Virus record (IMG/VR): IMGVR_UViG_3300030041_000009
Span: 124,001-188,000 of that record
Strand: one strand, 5' to 3'
DNA length: 64,000 nucleotides
Every line of letters begins with the position of its first letter. Within the stretch, counting starts at the first letter, position 1. The notes below the pieces were generated by a model. The model saw only the letters and a list, made by a program, of their open reading frames with translations, was not told the origin of the DNA and did not search any database. This document shows positions 9,387-19,792 of this stretch, piece after piece. The translations under genes and the position numbers were made by a program.

Positions 9387-11339
9387 ATGGTAAATAATAA
9401 CATTATTAGTGTTAAAGCTAAAAGAAATTTAATTAATGGTCAACTTACTAAAAATAATAAACCATACGTAAGAAAATTTGATTTTAGTCGTTATAGCAAT
9501 GATCAATTAGTTGATGCTTTATATAGTAAGAAATGGAATACTAATCGAAAAAAAGCACTTATTGCAATTAATAAATTAATAGATATTAGAATTAAAAATG
9601 ATAAATGTACTAAATATGATATTGAAAATCTAAAAGATATTGTATATAATAAAAAACACCAATTAATAAAATCTGCTAATAGTAATAGTAAAACAACTAC
9701 CACCACCACAACTATTCCAGCAAATACTAATTTAGCTCATAGTATAAAATTTCGTATTAATAAATTGATTTCTGAAATATATCGTCTAACTGGCATCAAA
9801 TTAGAAAAATTAAATAGAACTGATAATATTAATGATAAATCACACGTATTTGATGATCAGATTTTTGCATCATTAAGTTGCATATATAATATGTTATCAT
9901 CAAAACTTAATTCAAAACATAGTAGGTATAATATGTTAACTGCAGAAACTCAAGCAGGTAAAACTGGTGTTGTACGTAATATAATATATTTATTAGAAAC
10001 TTATCAAGAATTAAGAGAATATCTAAATTTGAAATTTAGAAGTAGTGTATTAATAACTCCAATGTGTGATAATTCAAATAAAGAACAATTAAAAACTGAC
10101 ATATCTCATGGAGAGTGTCGGCAAGATGATCAAAAAATATTAAAGAGGAATGGTATTATGCATAATCCAGATTTAATTCGTTGGTCAAGAAAAAATAAAG
10201 TAGGTGATTTAAATAATTGTATTATATTTATTGATGAAGCTCATTTAGCATCAAATGTTGATAGTGCTATGAATAGTTATCTTCAAAAAAATGGTATAAA
10301 TTTAAATGGTTCAACTGATTTATCAAAAAAAAATATTTTCTTATTTTCTATATCAGCAACTCCGTATGAAGAACATGTTGGTAATATTTTATATAAAAGA
10401 AAGAACACTATTGAATTATCTCACGGACCTAATTACAAAGGCTTAGAATATTTTTTAAAAAATAATTTTTTAAGAGAATCATTTGATTTATCAACAACAG
10501 AAGGTGAAAAACATTTTATAAATGAAGCAGAAAGCTTTAATAATAAAATAGGATATTATATTGTTAGAATAAATAAAAATACAAATACAAATAATCTAAT
10601 ACCTGATGGATTTAAAACTTTGACATATTATGAGAAAGATAAAGAAGTTATTAATGATGTATTAAAAAATGCACCAGATGCTCCTACCATAATATTTATT
10701 AAGGAGAAAATGAAGCAATCATATCAATTAGAGAAAGAAAATATTGTAATGTTATTTGATAGAACTACAGTTAATGATTCTACATATAGAACAAGTTTTA
10801 TTGTTCAAAGTTTTGCAGGTAGATCATGTGGATATCATAATTATAATTTTATAATTTATACAGAAATAAAACACATCAAACTTCATCTTTCATATTTAAA
10901 AAATAAATATAATGTTCCTCCATGTAAACATGTAATTAAGAAAAATAAATTTAATTTTAAAAATGGTATAAAAGAACAAGCTTCATCATATAGTGATCAA
11001 AATGATTCATCACATACAAATGATTTTTCATTAAAAATTGTACATAATACACCGAATGAAGGTTATATAGAATTAAATAATAATATCATAACAATATATT
11101 TAGATAAAGATAAAAATTTAGTATTATCTAAAAAATCAAAAGTAGAAACAAATTTTCTTGCATCATATATTGAAGATTATGTTGTTATTTCTGATATTAA
11201 AACTCCTTGTGCAAATTTAATTGATGTAAAAAATGCATTAACATATTACTGTCAACTTATATCATCAAAAATAACAATAAATGATATTAAAACTAAAAAT
11301 GGTAAAAAATTTATTGATTTATTAGAATTTGAATTTTAA
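9387..11339 (+). CDS. SF2 helicase-like ATPase
   Basis: TQAGKT (Walker A), IDEAH (Walker B), SATP, QSFAGRSCGY (motif VI). Confidence 0.75.
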   Translation: MVNNNIISVKAKRNLINGQLTKNNKPYVRKFDFSRYSNDQLVDALYSKKWNTNRKKALIAINKLIDIRIKNDKCTKYDIENLKDIVYNKKHQLIKSANSNSKTTTTTTTIPANTNLAHSIKFRINKLISEIYRLTGIKLEKLNRTDNINDKSHVFDDQIFASLSCIYNMLSSKLNSKHSRYNMLTAETQAGKTGVVRNIIYLLETYQELREYLNLKFRSSVLITPMCDNSNKEQLKTDISHGECRQDDQKILKRNGIMHNPDLIRWSRKNKVGDLNNCIIFIDEAHLASNVDSAMNSYLQKNGINLNGSTDLSKKNIFLFSISATPYEEHVGNILYKRKNTIELSHGPNYKGLEYFLKNNFLRESFDLSTTEGEKHFINEAESFNNKIGYYIVRINKNTNTNNLIPDGFKTLTYYEKDKEVINDVLKNAPDAPTIIFIKEKMKQSYQLEKENIVMLFDRTTVNDSTYRTSFIVQSFAGRSCGYHNYNFIIYTEIKHIKLHLSYLKNKYNVPPCKHVIKKNKFNFKNGIKEQASSYSDQNDSSHTNDFSLKIVHNTPNEGYIELNNNIITIYLDKDKNLVLSKKSKVETNFLASYIEDYVVISDIKTPCANLIDVKNALTYYCQLISSKITINDIKTKNGKKFIDLLEFEF

Positions 11340-11347
11340 TAAATTAT

Positions 11348-11376
11348 AAAAAAAGAAGATTATATCTTCTTTTTTT
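11348..11376 (+). terminator. Intrinsic terminator
   Basis: AAAAGAAGAT/ATCTTCTTTT hairpin with T-run. Confidence 0.65.
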
Positions 11377-11475
11377 GCGTAATTAAATAATTTATAGTAC
11401 CTTTGTACTTTAAATATATAATTAATATTTTAATCAAGTAAAATATTAATATATATGAATAAATAAATTTTAGAT

Positions 11476-11931
11476 ATGTACATATATAATTATGAATTAT
11501 TTAAAGAAGCAAGATTTTCAGATGTATATAAAAATATAGATTCTGAAATTTCCTATAATAATTCAAGTGATTATTCTGATGAATTTATAAAATATAAAAC
11601 AATTTCAGCAAGAATAAATAATAAAAAAATTAGAATATCTATTTTATGGAATGATTCTTTATTACATGATTTGAAAGGTAGAATAGAAAAAAGAACTAAT
11701 TTAAAAAGTATTAAAGAATTAAATAAATTAATTGGAGATGGAATAGAAGAATTATATACTACACATTTAATAGGAGCTATGATGAATGGTAAATATTCAT
11801 TATGGTTTTCTGAATATAATTTTTCCGTTGTTGTAATCAAAAATGATAATACAATAAAAATAATTACTATTTTACCAGGAATTAATACCAATAATGTTAT
11901 AAAAACAATAGAATTAAAATCAACTATATAA
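11476..11931 (+). CDS. Hypothetical protein
   Basis: ORF track. Confidence 0.65.
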   Translation: MYIYNYELFKEARFSDVYKNIDSEISYNNSSDYSDEFIKYKTISARINNKKIRISILWNDSLLHDLKGRIEKRTNLKSIKELNKLIGDGIEELYTTHLIGAMMNGKYSLWFSEYNFSVVVIKNDNTIKIITILPGINTNNVIKTIELKSTI

Positions 11932-11933
11932 TT

Positions 11934-12185
11934 ATGAATATATTAGAATCAAAAGAAAAATTAAGAAAATATTGTGAAAATGTTTATTATTTTAATGATG
12001 ATAAAAAATGGTGTTTTTTTTATGATGAAAATGAAAATGATACGGAATCAATTTCAATTCAAAATAAAGTAAAGAAGTTAATAGAATCATTAAATAGTGG
12101 AGATTTGAAATACTTAGATATGGATATAGAAAATGATTTATATGACATGCTAAGTGATGATATTGAATGCTTGAGTTCTAATTAA
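11934..12185 (+). CDS. Hypothetical protein
   Basis: ORF track, tandem with upstream gene. Confidence 0.6.
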   Translation: MNILESKEKLRKYCENVYYFNDDKKWCFFYDENENDTESISIQNKVKKLIESLNSGDLKYLDMDIENDLYDMLSDDIECLSSN

Positions 12186-12246
12186 TTATTAACTACAATT
12201 AACCAAAAAAATCTATTTTTTATTTGTCCAATTAAATGTTTTTTTA

Positions 12247-12256
12247 TATCTTTGCA
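12247..12256 (+). promoter_or_regulatory. Bacteroidota-type promoter box TATCTTTGCA
   Basis: Strong consensus match with TTTG ~25 nt upstream. Confidence 0.7.
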
Positions 12257-12285
12257 TATAAAAATATTAATAAAAACATTTAAAC

Positions 12286-13044
12286 ATGGAAAAAACACAA
12301 ATTGAACAAAGAGTTGAACACGTAGCAGGTTCAAAGATTAAAACTAGATGGACAAAAAATGATGTCATTATAGCTTTTTTATATACTAAATTTACATTAA
12401 GAAAGGTTGGAGTAACTGATGATGATACTCAACTTGAAAGTTTTGTTAATGAATATATTGGTTCAATTGCGAATTCAATAAAAATGGAAGCATTAAATAT
12501 AAAATATGCATTGTGCATAAAACATAACGAAAAAGTAGAAGGATTAGCACATTATTCAAAAATACAAGAAGAAGTTGTAAATGAATATGATAAATGTGAT
12601 GAAAATGAATTAGCAGAAATTGTAAACTTAATATTAGATAATATGACCGAAGAAGAAAAAAAGATTAATTTATCAATTGCAGAAGGTATAAATGCAGAAC
12701 TTAATGCAGAAAAAGAAAAACATAGGTTAGAAGTTCTTGCAAAAAAAGAAGAGAAAAAAAGAAAAGCTCTTGTTAAGAAAGCTCAGAAAGAAAAATATGC
12801 TAAATTATCAGGAGATTGTAAACCAATGACATTTAAACAAATGAATCCTTCAAAAGTAGCATATGTTCAAACTGTTGTTAATAATGTATTTGCTAGTATC
12901 GGAGATGTTCTTGATCATAAAGCATATGGTAAAGGCGCAGTAAAAGAAATAGATGGTAATAGACTTACTATAAATTTTCGTGATAGTAAAATAGGCAGTA
13001 AGGTTATGTTATTTGATGAAAAGTTTTTTATTTTTTCAGAATAA
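12286..13044 (+). CDS. Helical N-terminal domain plus C-terminal PcrA/UvrD-like Tudor domain; paralog of 15541..16290
   Basis: KIKTRWTxNDVIIA shared; C-terminal GDVLDHKAYGKGAV..IGSK. Confidence 0.7.
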   Translation: MEKTQIEQRVEHVAGSKIKTRWTKNDVIIAFLYTKFTLRKVGVTDDDTQLESFVNEYIGSIANSIKMEALNIKYALCIKHNEKVEGLAHYSKIQEEVVNEYDKCDENELAEIVNLILDNMTEEEKKINLSIAEGINAELNAEKEKHRLEVLAKKEEKKRKALVKKAQKEKYAKLSGDCKPMTFKQMNPSKVAYVQTVVNNVFASIGDVLDHKAYGKGAVKEIDGNRLTINFRDSKIGSKVMLFDEKFFIFSE

Positions 13045-13150
13045 TTATTATTTATAATCGTTATATTAATATAAAAAGAGAAGATTTATTCTTCTCTTTT
13101 TTGTTATACAAATTTTTTTGATTATCTTTATAAGATAATAAATAAATAAT

Positions 13151-13504
13151 ATGAAAAAAATGTATATGATTTTTATTTCTGTGTGTGTAATATTTATGCT
13201 ATGCTTATGTAAGAATGATAAAAATAAAATAGAAAAATCTATTATAGTTTCTCTAAAATCTCAAATTAATGAGTATAATAATGGTAATTTGAATATAATA
13301 AATTATGAAAATGTGAAACATTCAAAAGTAAATGATAGCATAAGATATTATATTTTAAATTATAATAGTGTTGATATATATGGATTTAAAGATGAAACTC
13401 ATACTGAAGGATATTTTAATATGAAAACTGGTGAAGATGTAACTGATGTCGAAAAAAATACAGATAATGAAACTAATAGATTTATAAATACTGAAATATA
13501 TTAA
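13151..13504 (+). CDS. Putative lipoprotein or membrane-anchored protein
   Basis: Basic N-terminus, hydrophobic stretch, Cys. Confidence 0.55.
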   Translation: MKKMYMIFISVCVIFMLCLCKNDKNKIEKSIIVSLKSQINEYNNGNLNIINYENVKHSKVNDSIRYYILNYNSVDIYGFKDETHTEGYFNMKTGEDVTDVEKNTDNETNRFINTEIY

Positions 13505-13519
13505 TATGATATTAAAAAA

Positions 13520-13888
13520 GTGTTGAAAAAAAATTTAAATAAAGATGAGAAAGAAATATATGATCTTGTTAAACGATTAAAATATGGTAGAATATCAGCA
13601 TTCACAACTAGAAATAAAAATAAAACAGAATTGATTGATTGGAGAATTTATCGTGATATCATAAATTCTGTAGTAATTGAAACTTGTTGTGGACGTTCGT
13701 GTATAAATAATAAACGTATATATTATGATATTAAATTTGTGTCTGAATATGATAATTATGGTAGTAAATTTTCAAATTTTGATATGATGTTAATTTATAT
13801 ATTAAATTGGTACAATGGGTGCATTGATGAATATATAACAATAATATCACGTAAGAAAAAATTAATTGAAATTGAAAAAGTAGAATAA
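13520..13888 (+). CDS. Hypothetical protein with C-terminal RKxKL tag
   Basis: ends SRKKKLIEIEKVE. Confidence 0.6.
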   Translation: MLKKNLNKDEKEIYDLVKRLKYGRISAFTTRNKNKTELIDWRIYRDIINSVVIETCCGRSCINNKRIYYDIKFVSEYDNYGSKFSNFDMMLIYILNWYNGCIDEYITIISRKKKLIEIEKVE

Positions 13889-13932
13889 TCATTATTATAG
13901 TTTTTTTATATATACTGTAAAAAATCAAATAT

Positions 13933-14175
13933 ATGAAATTATTTAATTGGTTTAAGAAAAAACCTATTCACATTGAATGTGATCAATATGAATATTGTCC
14001 GACATATTTAGCATATTTAGGTAAATATGGAAAAGATTCAGATGAAATTAAATTGTGTAAAAATTCAGAATCTAAATATTGTACTAAATATCATCTTATT
14101 AATCAAACTAAATGGATTGATATGACTGAAGAAGAAAGAATGAAATTGATTAAAGATGTTATAAATAAAATTTAA
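13933..14175 (+). CDS. Small Cys-containing hypothetical protein
   Basis: ORF track; TATATA motif upstream. Confidence 0.6.
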   Translation: MKLFNWFKKKPIHIECDQYEYCPTYLAYLGKYGKDSDEIKLCKNSESKYCTKYHLINQTKWIDMTEEERMKLIKDVINKI

Positions 14176-14426
14176 TAATCTAAATCATTTGAATTTAATT
14201 TATCTATTTTGTCTTTTCTATCTTTTAATAAGAAATAATTATATTCATCTACAAATAATCTACAAGAATTATTATAGTCAACAATTTCATTAAAATATGG
14301 ACTATTTATATTATCACATGTTGTATGCTGATTATCTTGTTGATTACATTCTTTTAATATATCATCAAGAAATATTGATGTTTCTGAGTATTTTGAATAC
14401 ATGCAATTTAAACAATTATCATTCAT
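14172..14426 (-). CDS. Small Cys-rich protein with RKxKI tag
   Basis: CxxC...C; RKDKIDKL. Confidence 0.6.
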   Translation of the reverse strand: MNDNCLNCMYSKYSETSIFLDDILKECNQQDNQHTTCDNINSPYFNEIVDYNNSCRLFVDEYNYFLLKDRKDKIDKLNSNDLDY

Positions 14427-14428
14427 AT

Positions 14429-15196
14429 TTAAAATTTTCTTTCACGTTCCATTCTTTTTAAAGTATCATATGGAGTTTCACCTTTTTTCATTTTATAATT
14501 ACAGCCAGTTGTACCACCTTTCCAGGTACCTTTCCTTTCACCTATATCATCACTAAATTCTATTTCAATGTCTTTACTTATTAATCTAGGAAACTTCAAC
14601 CAAGTGAACCATTTCCATCTCCATTCACGTTCTTGTACTCTAATTGTTGCTAAACAATTTTGTTCATCATCATATTTTGTGTTATATGTATACGGATATG
14701 TTTCTGAAAAAATAATATCTTTCCATTTGTTTTTATTCCAAAACTCCATATTTCTATTTTTCTTTGTTTCATTAATCCAAGTATCATTTTTAGCAAGGCA
14801 ACTTGTTCTTATCCATTCCCAATTCCAAGGTAAATAAAAAACTTTGTGTTTCATTCCACAACTAAACCATATTTTTCTTTCAAGAATATATACTCCATAT
14901 GTTGGCGCAGTACATTGATCGTAAAGAACCTTATCAAATTTTTTCTTTATTTTTATATTTTTATTAGATAAAATAGAAATTTTATCTTTTCTTTTTTCTT
15001 TAATATTTTTTTCAACTTCAACTTTTTTATAATGCTTCCAAGGTAAATATAAAAATAATTTACCCCAAATAAAATATATTTGAAGTATTGGCTTTGTATC
15101 ATAATATCCTGCTAAATGATATTGTATACTAAATCCACTCCACTCTGGAGTAAATTCAAAATATTTATTTTTAATTTCTTTTTTACTCATTATCAA
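14429..15196 (-). CDS. Trp-rich phage hypothetical protein
   Basis: ORF track; GERKGTWKGG motif. Confidence 0.7.
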   Translation of the reverse strand: MIMSKKEIKNKYFEFTPEWSGFSIQYHLAGYYDTKPILQIYFIWGKLFLYLPWKHYKKVEVEKNIKEKRKDKISILSNKNIKIKKKFDKVLYDQCTAPTYGVYILERKIWFSCGMKHKVFYLPWNWEWIRTSCLAKNDTWINETKKNRNMEFWNKNKWKDIIFSETYPYTYNTKYDDEQNCLATIRVQEREWRWKWFTWLKFPRLISKDIEIEFSDDIGERKGTWKGGTTGCNYKMKKGETPYDTLKRMERERKF

Positions 15197-15470
15197 GTTT
15201 TATTAATTTTAGTACTCTATTTACGACTATTATATTATTTGGTAATTTCATATTATATAATTTAGTTAAAGTTTCTTGTTTAAATTTAAATCCGTGGTGA
15301 TAAATATCAAATGAAATTTTTGCAAATTCATCACCTGCATTTATCCAATCTGTCCATTCTTCACCTGAATTATTAAGTCCGTAAGATATACATTGTCTAT
15401 ATAAATTTCTTAATGCTGTGCTATTTTTAAGATATTTAGCAAGCTCAGTTTCTTTTTCGTCGTATTCCAT
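15183..15470 (-). CDS. Hypothetical protein
   Basis: ORF track. Confidence 0.6.
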   Translation of the reverse strand: MEYDEKETELAKYLKNSTALRNLYRQCISYGLNNSGEEWTDWINAGDEFAKISFDIYHHGFKFKQETLTKLYNMKLPNNIIVVNRVLKLIKLDNE

Positions 15471-15540
15471 TTTTTATATTAGTATAAAATATTTATTATG
15501 TTTTCAAAAAAATATATATACTAAAAAATAATAGTTAAAT

Positions 15541-16290
15541 ATGAGAAACTTGATAAGTTTTCAAAAAATGTTTGAATATGCCACAGGTGAAAAAATAAAA
15601 ACCAGATGGACAGAAAATGATGTAATTATAGCATTATATTATGAAAAATTTGGATTTAGTAAACTTGGTATTAAAGATGATAAAATTGAAAAATTTGTAA
15701 ATGAATATATTGGTTCAAATGAATCATCATTAAAAATGGAAGCATTGAACATAAGATATGCATTAGGATTAAAATATAATGAAGAACCAGAAGGATTATC
15801 TAGATTTTCAAAATTACATGTGAAAGTTATAAATGAATACGATAGTTTTTCTGAACCAGAATTAAGAGAAGTTGTAGAGAATATTATAGATAATACAACT
15901 GAATCTCAAATATTTAAGAATGTATCACAAGCAGAAAATCAAAGAAAAGAAGTTCTTAAAAGAAGAGAATCTAAAAGAAAGGCAAAAGAAATGAATCCAG
16001 GTAGAAGAATAGGAAGACCAAGTTCTAGTGATATAGAAATAAAAAATATACCAGTAGATGATTCAACTGATTCATATGGTAGACCAATATCAAAACTTAA
16101 TGATATAAAATCAGATGAACAATCATTTGTTCAAGTTGGTGATATTCTTAATCATAAAAAATTTGGTAGAGGAGATGTGATATCTGTTAATGGAAATTTA
16201 ATTGAAATAGATTTCTTTGAAAATGAATTAGGTACAAAAAAACTTATATTTAAACCTGAATTGTTCAACTGGACTCCTGATTTATTTTAA
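15541..16290 (+). CDS. Paralog of 12286..13044 with N-terminal ..FE tag and C-terminal Tudor-like domain
   Basis: QVGDILNHKKFGRGDVISV..LGTKKL. Confidence 0.75.
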   Translation: MRNLISFQKMFEYATGEKIKTRWTENDVIIALYYEKFGFSKLGIKDDKIEKFVNEYIGSNESSLKMEALNIRYALGLKYNEEPEGLSRFSKLHVKVINEYDSFSEPELREVVENIIDNTTESQIFKNVSQAENQRKEVLKRRESKRKAKEMNPGRRIGRPSSSDIEIKNIPVDDSTDSYGRPISKLNDIKSDEQSFVQVGDILNHKKFGRGDVISVNGNLIEIDFFENELGTKKLIFKPELFNWTPDLF

Positions 16291-16346
16291 AATGAACCTT
16301 TATAAATAACTATATAAATAAAAATTCAAAAAACAAAAGAATTATT

Positions 16347-17681
16347 ATGACACAAATAATCAAATTAAACAACCAACCTGATGACTTAATAAGTCAATTA
16401 AAAGATAAAGAATTATTAATATATGAAGATATTCAAGGATCTCAAGTATTTGTACAATGGGACGGAAATAAATTCTCAATAAGACCAAAATCAATTAATA
16501 ATACAGATCTAAATTTTGTAGATTTAGCTATACAAAAATATTATAATTTCGTATTTCAATATTTTTACACATTACCGGATTTTGTAACTAATTTATTATC
16601 AAAAACTTGGTGGTTTTGTTTTGAATATTTTCCAGATAATCAGCCAGGTAATATTGAATATAAGAAAATTCCGAAGAATAATTTAATATTAACGTGTATA
16701 GTTAAAGGTACAAAATATAAATATAATTACAATGAGATATTAGAATATGCTAAATTATTCAACGTAGATGCATTACCAGTGATATTTAAAGGTAAATTGA
16801 ATGATAAGCAGTTAGAGGTAATTAACTTGTTCTTACATACATCAAAAGAAGATTTAGATTATGTATATGGAGAATCTAATTTTGCATATTTTTTTTATAA
16901 GATATTAAATCCTCAATTAAACAATTCATTTTTAATGGATAGTTTCAATGATAATTTAGAAAAGATAATAGTTAGAATAAACGGAGATGATGAATTTTCA
17001 TTTGAGATATTAAATCCGTCGTATGAAAAAATGAATCTTGATAGTAGAACAGATTATTTAGAGAATTATTCGTTAATATTATTAAATTTCTTAGAATTTT
17101 TACAACTTATTAGTTTTGATAAAATAAAACTAAAAGAGATTACAAAAGAAGAATTATATATTGAATTAATTTCAGCAATATTTAATGATTATGTTGAGAA
17201 TATTACTAAAGAAATAAAAGATTGGAATTTATCAATACCTACATTTTTTTCAGAGGATAAATTTAAAATCAATACATTTTTATTGAAGAATGATAAAACA
17301 ATTGATTATATAAAATCTGATGATAAAATTGAGTATATTTTTAAACTTATATTGAGTTCATTTAATAAAAAATTAAAGAAGCCTATTGGCATTTTTAACG
17401 AAAAAACTTTAGAAATGTTTAATAGAGAAGTAGATAAAATTTCTATTTATTTGGATAATATGCTGAAAGTGAATCGTGAATATTTATTGAGAAATAATGA
17501 TTTATTGAATTTTAAAGATTATTTTAATGTTAATTTTAATACTGATTCAGAAAAAAATATTTATCCTGACGTAAAAAAATTAGGAGCAGAAATACCTTCA
17601 GGTGGAGAAAAAAAGAAAGAAAATCCTAAAGAAGAATTAAAAGGAGGTAAACCTTTTGATATAAAAAAAGGTAAATTTTAA
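16347..17681 (+). CDS. RNA ligase (Rnl2-like) fold protein, apparently catalytically degenerate
   Basis: YEDIQGS (motif I, K->D), FCFEY, LPVIFKG, LEKIIVR, FEILNP. Confidence 0.55.
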   Translation: MTQIIKLNNQPDDLISQLKDKELLIYEDIQGSQVFVQWDGNKFSIRPKSINNTDLNFVDLAIQKYYNFVFQYFYTLPDFVTNLLSKTWWFCFEYFPDNQPGNIEYKKIPKNNLILTCIVKGTKYKYNYNEILEYAKLFNVDALPVIFKGKLNDKQLEVINLFLHTSKEDLDYVYGESNFAYFFYKILNPQLNNSFLMDSFNDNLEKIIVRINGDDEFSFEILNPSYEKMNLDSRTDYLENYSLILLNFLEFLQLISFDKIKLKEITKEELYIELISAIFNDYVENITKEIKDWNLSIPTFFSEDKFKINTFLLKNDKTIDYIKSDDKIEYIFKLILSSFNKKLKKPIGIFNEKTLEMFNREVDKISIYLDNMLKVNREYLLRNNDLLNFKDYFNVNFNTDSEKNIYPDVKKLGAEIPSGGEKKKENPKEELKGGKPFDIKKGKF

Positions 17682-18278
17682 ATGATAAAAACTAAGAGCA
17701 TAATAGTAACTAATGAAACATATAAAAAATATATCAGTAAATATAATACTGATAGAATAGATAGGTTTTTGAAAATTTATACATTTGAAAAATTTAATGA
17801 AAATATTATAATTGAATCATTTGATAAATTATATACAAATACTAAATATAGAGTTGAAAAGTTTAAATTTGATAAACAATATACAAATTATATACCTTCT
17901 AATGGATATAAAATATATTTTTTAACAAATTCTAACACTGAATATAGAATAGATTTAATTCCTATAAAAAATTACAATAAAGATATATCATCAGATTTTG
18001 TTTGGTATATATCTTTTACATTAAGTAAATATGATATTGATGATATAAATTATGAAGAATTAACTGGATTAAATGAAGAAAAAGAAGTTCTGCTTAGAAT
18101 TAGTGATATATTAAATAATTTTACAGTTGATAAAATATTTATAATAGGTAATACTTTTTTAGAAAAAAAGATATTATTATATAAAAAATTTATGATTTAT
18201 GTTTTTCCTAATTATAATATAAAAATTGACTATTGTAAAGGATTTATAGATAATAAAGGATTATATATTTGGAAATAA
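17682..18278 (+). CDS. Hypothetical protein
   Basis: ORF track. Confidence 0.65.
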   Translation: MIKTKSIIVTNETYKKYISKYNTDRIDRFLKIYTFEKFNENIIIESFDKLYTNTKYRVEKFKFDKQYTNYIPSNGYKIYFLTNSNTEYRIDLIPIKNYNKDISSDFVWYISFTLSKYDIDDINYEELTGLNEEKEVLLRISDILNNFTVDKIFIIGNTFLEKKILLYKKFMIYVFPNYNIKIDYCKGFIDNKGLYIWK

Positions 18279-18344
18279 ATATAATTATTTTGATTAAATT
18301 TTAAACTTATTCAAATTATTATAATATAAAAAAGAAAAAAGATT

Positions 18345-18896
18345 ATGGGAATATTTCAAATTTTGACTATTGTTTTTGGTGTGTTAGCACTTATTTTTGG
18401 AATTGGTTGGTATAAAAATAATTCTAAAACAATTATTACTAATGCAGATAATGTCGTAAAAGACGTTGATAATGTAAAAGATTCAGTTGTTACTAAAGTC
18501 GATGATATCGTTAAAGATGTTATTGATGTAAAAGATTCAATTGTTACTAAAGTTGATGAAATTAAAGATTCAATTGTAACAGATGTTGATAATGTTAAAA
18601 AGACATTTGTCACAGAAGTTGCTAATGTTGAAGATATTGTTTCTAAAATTGAGAAAATTATTTTAGATTTTAAAGAAAAATCAAAAAATTCAATTGTTAC
18701 TACCGTTGATGACGTTAAAACTTTTGTTGCTAATATTGAAAAAATTATATCTGATGTTAAATCAGATGCAGAAAAAACTACAACAGAAGAGCCTGTTAAA
18801 GTAGTAGACGCTTTAATAACAGATGCTACAACAGTACCTGTTAAAGTAGTAGAAACTGTAACAGATACTACAACAGTACCTGTGAAAGCTGTATAA
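18345..18896 (+). CDS. Membrane-anchored protein with 11-aa repeats (KDSIVTKVDxx)
   Basis: N-terminal TM helix; tandem amphipathic repeats. Confidence 0.7.
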   Translation: MGIFQILTIVFGVLALIFGIGWYKNNSKTIITNADNVVKDVDNVKDSVVTKVDDIVKDVIDVKDSIVTKVDEIKDSIVTDVDNVKKTFVTEVANVEDIVSKIEKIILDFKEKSKNSIVTTVDDVKTFVANIEKIISDVKSDAEKTTTEEPVKVVDALITDATTVPVKVVETVTDTTTVPVKAV

Positions 18897-18940
18897 TTGT
18901 AATATATACAACTATTACTAAGTAAAAAATTAGATTAATT

Positions 18941-18970
18941 AAAAAGCTACTAAAAATTTAGTAGCTTTTT
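18941..18970. terminator. Bidirectional terminator
   Basis: AAAAAGCTACTAAA/TTTAGTAGCTTTTT between convergent genes. Confidence 0.75.
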
Positions 18971-19303
18971 TTATAAATTAAATTTGTTTGATGCTAATAT
19001 AATTTCTGATTTAAAATCATTAGCTAAGCATTGATTTAAAATTATATTATGTTTTATGTCTTTAACGTCAATCCACCAATCCCCTTTATATTTTTCTGTT
19101 ACATATTGATGATCAATTATAAATGGATTTCCTTCATCATCAAAATTTTCCTCATATATTTTTAATACTAAATATTTTTTACCTTCTTTTGGTTCAGTAC
19201 TATTATAATTTTTCCTTTTTTCACCGTGAATGCATATTACTTCATCACCTACTGAAAAATATATATCGTCATTTTCTTCAAATATTTTAAAATTTGTTAT
19301 CAT
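18971..19303 (-). CDS. Dual-tag family protein (MITNFKIFE ... NKFNL)
   Basis: Terminal motifs. Confidence 0.75.
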   Translation of the reverse strand: MITNFKIFEENDDIYFSVGDEVICIHGEKRKNYNSTEPKEGKKYLVLKIYEENFDDEGNPFIIDHQYVTEKYKGDWWIDVKDIKHNIILNQCLANDFKSEIILASNKFNL

Positions 19304-19791
19304 ATGTTAAATTTGTTTGCTGATTTATTTAATTTAAATTCTTCAAATTCTTCTGGAGTTAATACACCAGATGTTTGGAATATTACAAATCCGTTATTTT
19401 TTAATTCTTCTGTGAAATTTTTAATAGCATAATCAGCATAATAAAAAATTTCTGAGTAATCTTCATTACCTTCGTCAGTTAATTCACCAGAATCATCAAT
19501 ATAATATCCTATTGTAATACAAGGAGCTTCCATCATAATACCAATATCAGAAATATTATAAATATATAATAATTCAGAGTTTGAAGATATATTTTCAAAA
19601 TAATCAAAAAAATCTGCTTCCTTTATATCAATATCTTCTTCAACTTTTTCTTTTCCTTCTTCAGTTAATGATATTTTAAGATTCCCATTTTCTAATCTTT
19701 CTAATGTTAAATAATTACCACTGCGTAACTCACGTGTATCATGAGATATCATAGTCTCATTTAGAGTAAATATATTAAATTTTGTTATCAT
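19300..19791 (-). CDS. Dual-tag family protein (probable start MITKFNIF ... NKFNI)
   Basis: Start reassigned to the ATG next to the upstream stop. Confidence 0.7.
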   Translation of the reverse strand: MITKFNIFTLNETMISHDTRELRSGNYLTLERLENGNLKISLTEEGKEKVEEDIDIKEADFFDYFENISSNSELLYIYNISDIGIMMEAPCITIGYYIDDSGELTDEGNEDYSEIFYYADYAIKNFTEELKNNGFVIFQTSGVLTPEEFEEFKLNKSANKFNI

Positions 19792-19792
19792 A

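Noticed and set aside
9387-11339. Helicase as a type IV DinG or Cas8 substitute
   Set aside because: Motifs are not DinG-like, and it is separated from cas3 by a terminator and its own promoter box
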